Below, piece after piece: positions 37,883 to 45,997 of a stretch of 64,000 bases of DNA. The position numbers and the translations under genes are program-made. Position 1 is the stretch's first letter, and the number at the start of each line of letters is the position of its first letter. Source of the DNA: Pedosphaera sp. (lineage in GTDB: Bacteria > Verrucomicrobiota > Verrucomicrobiia > Limisphaerales > UBA1100); assembly GCA_009695465.1 (NCBI GenBank), contig SIAW01000001.1, positions 7,092 through 71,091 on the forward strand, given 5' to 3'. The notes beneath the pieces are model-generated. The model searched no databases. It was not told the DNA's origin and saw nothing but the letters and a program-made list of their open reading frames with translations.

Positions 37883-39088
37883 TCAGAGTGACTCAATGCT
37901 CTCGACGCGGTGAGTGGGCACCGGTTTGCCGGGGCGGAAATATTCGAGATGCTCCAGCGCGGCCGTCAATCCGGTGAACCGCGGCGGCACCGTGGCAAGC
38001 GCGGCGCGCACGGCATCGGCCAGTGTCTGCGGCGCGGCCTCGGCGCGAAGGTTCATGATGAGTTGGCCGCTCGTCACAGGATCTTCGAGGCTCTGAGAAA
38101 GTTCGGGCACAAAGTCGCTGCGCACCAGATTGATCACCGCCACCGCGCCGCCAAACGTGTTGTCGGGATTCAAGGTCATCTTGAAATGCGCCACTTCGGC
38201 TCCCGCCGCGCGCAGTCGGGACTGCACGTCGGCAGCAAGCGCAGCGAGCACCGCATCGGAGTCAAAACCTGCGGGCGCGGCCAGCAATGCTGTGGCGTTG
38301 AGCCAGCCCAAGAGCGCCTCGCCCTCGGCGTACGTCTGATAATCCACGGTCATCACGGCGCGCGCGGTTTGTTCCGAATCGTTGACGCGCGCAAACCACG
38401 GAGCCAATCCCTCACCCGTGCGCGCGGAGATTTCCAGCAACTCCGCCTTCGGAAATTCCCGCGCCAACGCAGCGCGCAACGCAGTTCTGCGCCCGGCATC
38501 CAACGTGTCGCATTTGTTGATGACGATGAGGTCGGCCTCCTCGAGTTGCTTGAGATAAATGTAGCGAACCTTCTCGGAGAATTGGCCGCCCGTTTCCAAG
38601 CCGAGCACGCGCGCCGCGCGGACGGGATCCACCAGCACGCTCAAGGGTGCGATGGCAAAGCGATCGCCGTACATGCGGCGCAGCGGATAGGTCACTGTCG
38701 CGACGAGATCGGTGCAACTGCCCACCGGTTCGGCGATGAATACCTCCGGGCGCGCGCCTTGCGCGAGCTTGTCCGCCGCCTCGACGAGTGAATTGAAGCG
38801 GCAACAGAAACAGCCGCCGGCGATTTCCTCTGTGGCAAATCCGTGCGACCGCAGCATCGCCGTGTCCACCAACTCGCTGCCCTGATCATTGGTGATCAGC
38901 CCCACGCGCAGTCCTTGATCAGTGAGATGCCGCGCCAGTCGCGCGACGGCGGTAGTCTTTCCCGCGCCGAGAAATCCGCCCACCATGATGTAGCGCGCCT
39001 TCGATGTCGGCGCGGGATGCTGGGTTTGAGCGGCGGTCACGAAGGGAGTCTGAATCTGTTCGCGGCCAAAATCAATTGGCAAGGGCAA
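37883..39088 (-). CDS. G3E-family P-loop GTPase (CobW/HypB/UreG-like metallochaperone family) with a ~170-aa C-terminal extension
   Basis: 'GGFLGAGKTT' P-loop, 'GGCFCC' metal-binding-type motif, 'EPVGSCTD' and 'INKCD' (NKxD). Start uncertain: 39088 is a TTG. Confidence 0.8.
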   Translation of the reverse strand: MPLPIDFGREQIQTPFVTAAQTQHPAPTSKARYIMVGGFLGAGKTTAVARLARHLTDQGLRVGLITNDQGSELVDTAMLRSHGFATEEIAGGCFCCRFNSLVEAADKLAQGARPEVFIAEPVGSCTDLVATVTYPLRRMYGDRFAIAPLSVLVDPVRAARVLGLETGGQFSEKVRYIYLKQLEEADLIVINKCDTLDAGRRTALRAALAREFPKAELLEISARTGEGLAPWFARVNDSEQTARAVMTVDYQTYAEGEALLGWLNATALLAAPAGFDSDAVLAALAADVQSRLRAAGAEVAHFKMTLNPDNTFGGAVAVINLVRSDFVPELSQSLEDPVTSGQLIMNLRAEAAPQTLADAVRAALATVPPRFTGLTAALEHLEYFRPGKPVPTHRVESIESL

Positions 39089-39112
39089 CGCAGCAAAACA
39101 AGGCCGCCGCGC

Positions 39113-39592
39113 TCACTGGATCTCCGTCCCCTTTTGCTGCTCCAAAATCTTGTCGATGGTTTTGTCCAACAACGCGCGATAGGCCGGCATGTCCAGACAC
39201 TGCGGGCCGGGCTCGCCACGCACCGCATATAACCAACCCGCGCCGTGACAATCTTTGTTGATGAGGGAAATCTTCTCGCGCAGCGCTGGGTTGACGCCGG
39301 CGAAACTGCCGCGCGCGATGCAGTACACGTCCGAGATGGCCTTGAAGCCTTCCACCCAGCCGAGGGTTTGGCCCGGCTCCACCGGCGCATCGGGCGCGGG
39401 GTCGAGACCCAAGTCCACCATCTCACCCAGCATGCGACTGGCGAATTTCGTGAGGCCCACGCGCCAGAGGCCGGGCTTATCCGGCACGGGCGCAATCCAG
39501 AAATGCGAAGGGCTGAAGAGATAATTCACCGGCAGATGCGTCACAAAATGTGAACGCCTGTAAAGCTGTGTGGCGGGTTTGCCGGTATCCAT
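39113..39592 (-). CDS. Glycine-cleavage H-protein-like (lipoyl/biotinyl-domain) protein, orphan
   Basis: 'WRVGLTKFASRMLGEMVDL...GWVEGFKAISDVYCIARGSFAGVNPAL...GAGWLY' aligns by eye with GcvH ('VGIT..A...LGD.V.V.LP...ESVKAASD.Y.P.SG....N..L'). The modifiable Lys position is conserved. ATG at 39592. Confidence 0.78.
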   Translation of the reverse strand: MDTGKPATQLYRRSHFVTHLPVNYLFSPSHFWIAPVPDKPGLWRVGLTKFASRMLGEMVDLGLDPAPDAPVEPGQTLGWVEGFKAISDVYCIARGSFAGVNPALREKISLINKDCHGAGWLYAVRGEPGPQCLDMPAYRALLDKTIDKILEQQKGTEIQ

Positions 39593-39677
39593 CTCGGGCC
39601 ACCAGCAAATCACACCCAAGCAAAGCGGGAAAGCGGGATGTGTGCGTTGCGGCTGCCTTCTGCAACAGTCAGGTTGC

Positions 39678-40019
39678 TCAGCAAGTCTTTGTCCGGCTCA
39701 ATTTCCCGTCTGAAAAATGGCGGGTGTCGTGCAACGTGCCATCCGCGCGATCACGTTTCCAGAGTCCCGCCTGCTTGCCATCCTTGAACCCGCCGGTCTG
39801 CTGCAGTTCGCCCTGTTCGCGGAACCATTTCCACGGGCCGATAAGCTCGTCCCCCGCATACTTGCCGCTGGCCCGCAGTGGCCCGCTGCGGAAATAATAT
39901 TTCCAGGCGCCCACTTTCTTGCCGTTCATGTACCGGCCCGTGGCGGATAGTTTTCCGTCGGTAAAGGTCTCCCTGCAGGCACCGTGCTTCGGGGTTTTAT
40001 CACTGCGGCTTGGGTTCAT
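39678..40019 (-). CDS. MORN-repeat-variant (YwqK-like) small protein
   Basis: Repeats of 'G.K.G.W..Y..(N/S)G.L' type: 'NGKKVGAWKYYFRSGPL', 'DELIGPWKWFREQGEL', 'DGKQAGLWKRDRADGTL'. ATG at 40019. Confidence 0.65.
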   Translation of the reverse strand: MNPSRSDKTPKHGACRETFTDGKLSATGRYMNGKKVGAWKYYFRSGPLRASGKYAGDELIGPWKWFREQGELQQTGGFKDGKQAGLWKRDRADGTLHDTRHFSDGKLSRTKTC

Positions 40020-40120
40020 GATTCGCGGATAGTGAGCTGCAATTACTCTATCAGCATGATGGCTGAGAAGATGGCGCGGGCCAATCTTGTTTCTCCACGC
40101 GGCGTGCGCTAGAAACGGGC

Positions 40121-41263
40121 GTGCGTTATTTCGACCACAACGCCACGGCGCCACTGCATCCCGCGGCGCGAGTGGCGTGGCTGGAGGCGGCGGAACAATT
40201 CCCCGGCAATCCTTCCAGTCCGCATCGCGTGGGGCAGCGTGCCGATGCGGCGCTGGCTCAAGCGCGACAGCAATTGGCGACCGCGCTTGGCTGTGACGCA
40301 CTGGACATCGTGTGGACTAGCGGCGCCACTGAATCGGCTAACGCCGTCTTTCATCACACGGCGCGCACGGCTGCGTCGGGCGCGCAGGTGTGGCTTTCCG
40401 CTGTCGAACATCCGTGTGTCATCGAAGCAGCGCGGCGTTATTTTTCCGGCGCGCACCGCTTCATCCCTGTCTCTCACGCCGGCGTGGCGGACTTGAATTG
40501 GCTGGAGCAGGAGTTGAAGAAAGGCTCACCAGCATTGGTCGCGTTGATGGCTGCGAACAACGAGACGGGCGTGTTGCAACCGTGGCGCGAGGCGCAGGCG
40601 CTGTGCCGCACGGCGGGCACGCCGTTCTTTTGCGATGCGGTGCAATGGCTGGGCCGGTTGCCGGCGGCGGGACTGGGCGCGTGCGATTTTGTGAGCGGCA
40701 GCGCGCACAAATTTGGCGGGCCACGCGGGATGGGTTTGCTGAAAGTGCCGGCGCAGGGACGTTTTGAACCGCTGCTGGCGGGCGGCGCGCAAGAGGAAGG
40801 TCGGCGCGCGGGGACGGAAAATGTTGCAGGTGCGTTGGCGCTGGTGGCGGCGTTGGTAGCACGTGAACGCGAGATGGACAGTGGAGAGCGCGAGCAGTGG
40901 CGCGCGGAATTTGAGACGTGCTTGGTTGCTGAATTGCCCGGCGCAGCGATTGTCGGCGCGGACACGGCGCGACTTTGGAACACCGTGAGCGCGCTGATGC
41001 CGGAGGCGGATTGTCGGCAGCGTTGGGTGGTGAAGTTGGACAAGGCGGGATTCGCTGTTTCCACCGGCAGCGCCTGTGCCAGCGGCAAGGAAACTCCCAG
41101 TCACGTGCTCACGGCGATGGGCTACAGCGCAGCCGATGCCGGGCGGGCGCTGCGTTTTAGCAGCGGACCGGCGACCACGCGCGCAGATTGGGCGGCGTTG
41201 CTGGAGGCGTTAAAACAAGTGGCTGCGCAGGCGGAGAACTCCGCGACAGCCGCGCGCGATTAA
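40121..41263 (+). CDS. Cysteine desulfurase (class V aminotransferase, NifS/IscS-like)
   Basis: 'FDHNATAPL', 'TSGATESAN', the PLP lysine in 'SGSAHKFGGPRG' and the catalytic Cys in 'STGSACASG'. GTG start. Confidence 0.88.
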   Translation: MRYFDHNATAPLHPAARVAWLEAAEQFPGNPSSPHRVGQRADAALAQARQQLATALGCDALDIVWTSGATESANAVFHHTARTAASGAQVWLSAVEHPCVIEAARRYFSGAHRFIPVSHAGVADLNWLEQELKKGSPALVALMAANNETGVLQPWREAQALCRTAGTPFFCDAVQWLGRLPAAGLGACDFVSGSAHKFGGPRGMGLLKVPAQGRFEPLLAGGAQEEGRRAGTENVAGALALVAALVAREREMDSGEREQWRAEFETCLVAELPGAAIVGADTARLWNTVSALMPEADCRQRWVVKLDKAGFAVSTGSACASGKETPSHVLTAMGYSAADAGRALRFSSGPATTRADWAALLEALKQVAAQAENSATAARD

Positions 41264-42015
41264 GGCGCGAGCTTGCCGGGCGGCAAATCCGGCGTGCCCG
41301 GCAGCAGTGCGCCCGGCAGTGCTGGCATCTCTGGCGGCGCTTTTGAGGGAGGCGGTTTTCGCGCCTGGCCAATCCACAGAAAAACAATGGGCACCAACAT
41401 GCCCAGCACCAGTGCCGCCCACACGGGCCAGCGCGGTTGGACGGAGCGGAAGGCCAGCACCACGCCCAGTCCCATGGTGGCCAGTGCGCCGATGGCCATC
41501 GCCAGCGCGAGGTATTTGAAGAGGGTGCGATCGTACGCGGCGCGATCGCGCGAGGGCAACTGTGGGTTCAGATGAAAGCTCACTGCGCCGGTGTGATTGA
41601 GATCCAACGCGGCGCGGCCCGACTTGGCGTCGGCCTCGGTGAGGTGCAGCGTGAGGCTGCGCTCGCCCGTTGGTCGCGCGAAACAATCCAGATTGGATTC
41701 CAGTCCGCCGGGCAGATCGTTGCCGATGACGCGCACGGGCAACCCGACAGGGAAGCGATGAGGCTGGGTGGTGGTGAGCGTGTCGGTGTCGGCGGCGGAT
41801 TGGATGGCCTCGGAAATTTCAGGCGCGACGGCGTGGGCGGGATAGAACTGCGCGGTGTGAACCCAATAGAGTTTCTGAAGCAGGGAGCGCGCCTCGTCGG
41901 GCGTCTTCTGCCGCTCCTCATCGCGCGTGAGAAAGAAGCCCGAGAAGAGATAGAGCGCCAATACCGGCGTAAAAAAACAGCCGAGGTATAGGTGCGCGCG
42001 ACGCAGCTTTTTCAT
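41260..42015 (-). CDS. Membrane protein, PepSY-associated-TM-like
   Basis: N-terminal 'RRAHLYLGCFFTPVLALYLFSG' and two C-terminal TM helices. ATG verified at 42015. Confidence 0.65.
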   Translation of the reverse strand: MKKLRRAHLYLGCFFTPVLALYLFSGFFLTRDEERQKTPDEARSLLQKLYWVHTAQFYPAHAVAPEISEAIQSAADTDTLTTTQPHRFPVGLPVRVIGNDLPGGLESNLDCFARPTGERSLTLHLTEADAKSGRAALDLNHTGAVSFHLNPQLPSRDRAAYDRTLFKYLALAMAIGALATMGLGVVLAFRSVQPRWPVWAALVLGMLVPIVFLWIGQARKPPPSKAPPEMPALPGALLPGTPDLPPGKLAP

Positions 42016-42030
42016 CGGCCGCGGTGCAGG

Positions 42031-43002
42031 TCAGTCATTGGAGTCGTGCAGCGGGATGAAAATCATCTGCCCCACGAGAACGCGTTCGGGCTTCAAGTTG
42101 GGGTTGGCATCGAGCACCTGCTGCATGGTGATCGCCTTTTTGCCCTGCTTCTTGAACTCCGTGTTGTACGCAACGATGATGGTGGAGAGGAATTCGCCTT
42201 TGGCCACGCGGTGTTCAACACCTTTGCCGCCGGGCGCGGGCTTGGTGGTGTGCTGGGGCGGGGGCAGCGCTGCGGCCGCCGTGATCTTCTGCATCATCTT
42301 GCTGAACTCAGCCAAGATCAGCTCGCGGTCGGCCAGCCGTTTGCGGTCCAGCTCCAGCAGTTTTTCGGTGAGCATCTTGATGTCCTCCTGCGAGGCGTAG
42401 GTTTGCGAGGCGCGCGCGGATGTCTTGCGGTTGTCTTCGCGCAACGCCTTGATCTCGGAGGTCAGGTCGCTGGTCTTTTGCAGTTGCAAGGCGTAGGCGG
42501 ACTTCAAATCCTCCATCTCGCCGCGCACTTGCTGGAAGCGTTCCTCCATGTACTGCGCGCGCGCGTCCTCGGGCGTGGGCTTGCTGGGCGCGGGCTTGTC
42601 GCCAGCAGGCTTGTCGGTGGTAGGTTTATCACCCGCCGGTTTGTCGCCGATTGGTACAGTGGGTTTGGAGGGATCGGGTTTGGACGGTTCTGTCTTCGCC
42701 GGTTCCGTTTTTGCAGGATCTGTTTTTGTGGGAGCAGGCTCAGTGGTCTTGGGTTTTTCCGGATCGGTTGTCTTGGCCGGCTCCGTCTTAGGCGCGGGCT
42801 TGGGCGGCGTCGTGGGATCGGGAATATCAGGCAGGCCGGGGACAGGCTTGGCGGGCGCGGTTTTCTCCACGGGCTTATCGGCGGGTTTTGTTTCCGCAGG
42901 CGCCTGTGGAGCGACAGGCTTGTCCTTTTCTTGTGCGAAGATAAACGGGGCAGCGGCCAAAAGCACCGCGACGAATCCGGATGGAAAACACACTCTCCTC
43001 AT
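42031..43002 (-). CDS. Secreted LysM-domain protein with a Pro/Lys/Thr-rich repeat region and a coiled-coil segment
   Basis: Signal peptide MRRVCFPSGFVAVLLAAAPFIFA. 'PAKTEPAKTEPSKPDPSKP' and 'GDKPAGDKPTTDKPAGDKP' repeats. C-terminal 'HRVAKGEFLSTIIVAY....QVLDANPNLKPERVLVGQMIFIP' is LysM-like. An alternative start exists at 43038. Confidence 0.78.
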   Translation of the reverse strand: MRRVCFPSGFVAVLLAAAPFIFAQEKDKPVAPQAPAETKPADKPVEKTAPAKPVPGLPDIPDPTTPPKPAPKTEPAKTTDPEKPKTTEPAPTKTDPAKTEPAKTEPSKPDPSKPTVPIGDKPAGDKPTTDKPAGDKPAPSKPTPEDARAQYMEERFQQVRGEMEDLKSAYALQLQKTSDLTSEIKALREDNRKTSARASQTYASQEDIKMLTEKLLELDRKRLADRELILAEFSKMMQKITAAAALPPPQHTTKPAPGGKGVEHRVAKGEFLSTIIVAYNTEFKKQGKKAITMQQVLDANPNLKPERVLVGQMIFIPLHDSND

Positions 43003-43098
43003 GCCGCAGAGAATAGTCGGGAGCGCAGCCCTGTTCAAGTTTCAATGTGAGCGGAATTTGGTTTGAGCCGCAGCAACGGGCCACCAAGCTGCAGGCGC

Positions 43099-43956
43099 AT
43101 GACCGTGCGCGAAGCCATCCAGCGCCACACCGCCCGACTCGAACGGGTGGGCGTGCCCTCGGCGCGGCTGGATGCGGAGTGGCTGCTCGCGCATGTGCTG
43201 GATGTGCCGCGGCTGGAAATGGGGTTGACGCCGCAGCGACCGTTGACGGCGCAGCAAGCCAAGCGATTCCACGCACTGGCCGCGCGCCGCGCCCGGCGTG
43301 TGCCTTTGCAGCATCTCGTGGGCACCGTTTCTTTTTGCGGGATTGAGTTGGCGGTGAACCGGCGAGTGCTCATCCCACGGCCGGAGACGGAACTGCTGGC
43401 GGAGTTGGCCACCAAATTCCTGCAACAACAAACTGGCTCGCTGCGAGCATTGGATTTTGGCACGGGCAGCGGTTGTCTGGCGATTGCACTGGCGTTGACC
43501 GTGCCCGCCACCCGCGTGGATGCGCTGGATATTTCGGCCGCTGCGTTGCGCGTGGCGCGCGCCAACGCCCGCCGGCATGGAGTGGCTTCGCGCATCCGGT
43601 TTTGTTTGGGAGACGGCCGGCGTGGTCTGCCCGGGCGCGCGGACTATCATCTCATCGTGTCGAACCCTCCATATATCTCCTCTGCGGAAATCGCCGCGTT
43701 ACAGCCGGAGGTGCGCGACCATGATCCGCGCCGCGCATTGGATGGCGGCAACGATGGGCTGGATTTTTATCGCGCGCTGGCCACGCACGCGCATCGGCGG
43801 ATGTACTCGCAGGGTTGTCTGATGCTGGAGATTGGTGATGGCCAAGCCGCAGCGGTGCGAGATCTTTTCTCCGGCAACGGCTGGCGAGTGCGTGCAGTGC
43901 ATCCGGATTTGAATGGCACGGACAGAATCGTGGTTGCCACCCGCGACGATTCATGA
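43099..43956 (+). CDS. prmC: Peptide chain release factor N5-glutamine methyltransferase
   Basis: 'LDFGTGSGCLAIAL' SAM motif and the 'VSNPPYI' catalytic motif. 'PRPETE' motif. Confidence 0.9.
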   Translation: MTVREAIQRHTARLERVGVPSARLDAEWLLAHVLDVPRLEMGLTPQRPLTAQQAKRFHALAARRARRVPLQHLVGTVSFCGIELAVNRRVLIPRPETELLAELATKFLQQQTGSLRALDFGTGSGCLAIALALTVPATRVDALDISAAALRVARANARRHGVASRIRFCLGDGRRGLPGRADYHLIVSNPPYISSAEIAALQPEVRDHDPRRALDGGNDGLDFYRALATHAHRRMYSQGCLMLEIGDGQAAAVRDLFSGNGWRVRAVHPDLNGTDRIVVATRDDS

Positions 43957-43990
43957 ACAATCAGCGGCGGCCAAGGGAGGTGCGGATTTC

Positions 43991-45253
43991 ATGGACAGCT
44001 TATTGATCAAAGGCGGCAAGCCACTTCACGGCGTTGTGGACATCAGCGGCGCCAAAAACGCGGTGCTGCCCATCATGGCGGCGACGTTGCTGACGCCGGA
44101 GCGTTGCGTGATTCGTAATGTGCCCGACCTGGCCGACGTGGGCATGATGGAGCGCATCCTCACTTCGATGGGCGCCTCCGTACAGCGCGACGGCGGCACG
44201 TTGACAGTGCAGGCCAGCCGCATCTCCGACAAGGCCGACTACGATTTGGTGCGCAAGATGCGCGGCTCCATCTGCGTGCTAGGCCCGCTGTTGGGGCGGC
44301 TGCATCGCGCGACGGTGTCGATGCCCGGCGGTTGCGTGATTGGCGTGCGGCCCATCGATCTTCATTTGAAAGGCATGCGCGCACTGGGCGCGGAGGTGAA
44401 GACGATGGCCGGTTATGTGCGCGTCAAAAGCCGCAGACTCGTCGGCGCGCCGGTGTTTCTGGGTGGCCGCGCAGGCCCCACGGTGTTGGGCACGGCTAAT
44501 GTGATGATGGCTGCGGTGTTGGCGGAGGGGCAGACGATTATCGAAAGCGCGGCGTGCGAACCGGAGGTGACAGACCTCGCCAAATTTCTTAACGCCATGG
44601 GCGCAAAAATCGCCGGGGCGGGCGGCCCGACCATCACCATCACGGGTGTCAAACAGTTGCACGGCGCGGAGCACGAGGTGATCCCCGACCGCATCGAAGC
44701 CGCGACTTACGCCATCGCCGGCGTGGCCACGCGCGGCGAGGTGACGCTGCGCGGCGCGCGGATAGAGCATCTGACGGCCGTCATCGACAAGCTGCGCGAC
44801 ATGGGCGTGAAGGTGGAGGGCCACGCGGGCGGGATCACTTTCAAGCGCGGGCGCAGCCTGCGGCCGGTGGACATCACCACGCTGCCGTATCCGGGTTTCC
44901 CCACCGATGTGCAGGCGCAGATGATGACGCTGCTGACGTTGATCCCCGGCATCAGCATCATCACCGAGCGCATTTTCGAGGCGCGGTTCTCGCACGCGGC
45001 GGAGCTGTTGCGGTTGGGCGCGGATTTGGCCATCGAAGGCCCCAGCGCCATCATCAAGGGCGGCAGTCCGCTCAGCGGCGCGCCGGTGATGGCCAGCGAC
45101 CTGCGCGCATCGGCGGCGTTGGTGATCGCGGGGTTGGTGGCCAAGGGCATCACGCAGGTCAACCGTATTTATCACTTGGATCGCGGGTACGAAAAAATTG
45201 ATGCGAAGCTCCACGGGCTGGGGGCCAGTGTCAGTCGCGTCGCTGGGAGTTAA
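43991..45253 (+). CDS. murA: UDP-N-acetylglucosamine 1-carboxyvinyltransferase
   Basis: 'ISGAKNAVLPIMAATLL' and 'MPGGCVIGVRPIDLH' (active-site Cys present). Full-length MurA pattern. Confidence 0.95.
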   Translation: MDSLLIKGGKPLHGVVDISGAKNAVLPIMAATLLTPERCVIRNVPDLADVGMMERILTSMGASVQRDGGTLTVQASRISDKADYDLVRKMRGSICVLGPLLGRLHRATVSMPGGCVIGVRPIDLHLKGMRALGAEVKTMAGYVRVKSRRLVGAPVFLGGRAGPTVLGTANVMMAAVLAEGQTIIESAACEPEVTDLAKFLNAMGAKIAGAGGPTITITGVKQLHGAEHEVIPDRIEAATYAIAGVATRGEVTLRGARIEHLTAVIDKLRDMGVKVEGHAGGITFKRGRSLRPVDITTLPYPGFPTDVQAQMMTLLTLIPGISIITERIFEARFSHAAELLRLGADLAIEGPSAIIKGGSPLSGAPVMASDLRASAALVIAGLVAKGITQVNRIYHLDRGYEKIDAKLHGLGASVSRVAGS

Positions 45254-45314
45254 GCCATTTTGGGCTGGATTCCCGGGCGCATCCCGCCTTTCATGAGGTC
45301 GCCAATCCACCCCG

Positions 45315-45980
45315 ATGAAATGCGCCAATGCCAGGATTGAGGAAGGTCAGGTCGCCTTTGACTGCGCCCAATGCGGTGCCAGCGTGAGTGCCGATGCGGC
45401 GCAGGTGCAGCAGATCTGGGAAGCCTATGAGGGGAGTTGGCCGTGCGGCGTCTGCAGCCAGCCGGTCATCGTGCCCACGATGGAGGAATTGGCGGCGCTG
45501 GGGTTGATGCCGACACTGGTCGCGGAGGAGACCGTCGCGGAATTACCACCGGACTTGCCTCCCGACGAACGGGTGACCGAAGAGTTTGCCGCCCCCGCAG
45601 CTATCGTTACCGCTGTGGCCAAGCCTCCGCCCGTTGCCAGTGCGCGCCCCGGTGCGGCACCGGCACCGCGCCCTCAGCCGGTGGATCCCGATGCGGCTGT
45701 CTTGAAGACCGGCGCGCAAGAGGGCGACATCAAGCTGGGATTTGGCGGGCGCAAGTTGGTGACGCTGGAGCAGGAACAGCGCGGCGAAAAACAGATCACG
45801 CTCAAGACCATTCGCCACGGCGATTGTGTGAAGGACGGGAAGGACAAGTTCGATGAGGCCGTGACCCATTTTCTGCGGGAGCAAGGCAACGAGAACATCA
45901 TCAGCGTCACCCCCGTGCAGTGTCGCGCTGATGACAAGGGCGGCTTGGATTACGGGGTCGTCATTCTGTACAAAGCCTGA
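45315..45980 (+). CDS. Hypothetical protein with an N-terminal zinc-ribbon-like CxxC...CxxC and a Pro/Ala-rich linker
   Basis: 'CAQCG...CGVCS' pair, a low-complexity linker, and a ~90-aa C-terminal domain of unknown family. Confidence 0.6.
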   Translation: MKCANARIEEGQVAFDCAQCGASVSADAAQVQQIWEAYEGSWPCGVCSQPVIVPTMEELAALGLMPTLVAEETVAELPPDLPPDERVTEEFAAPAAIVTAVAKPPPVASARPGAAPAPRPQPVDPDAAVLKTGAQEGDIKLGFGGRKLVTLEQEQRGEKQITLKTIRHGDCVKDGKDKFDEAVTHFLREQGNENIISVTPVQCRADDKGGLDYGVVILYKA

Positions 45981-45997
45981 GCCGCAGGCTGAGGGGC

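Noticed and set aside
41260-41263. Convergent genes sharing the 4-nt TTAA (overlapping stop codons of the cysteine desulfurase and the membrane protein)
   Set aside because: This is real but commonplace in compact genomes, and there is no evidence of regulatory significance.
42590-42900. DNA-level short tandem repeats as a possible phase-variation or contingency locus
   Set aside because: The repeats are degenerate at the nucleotide level and simply encode the Pro/Lys-rich spacer of the LysM protein. There is no perfect homopolymer or microsatellite tract.
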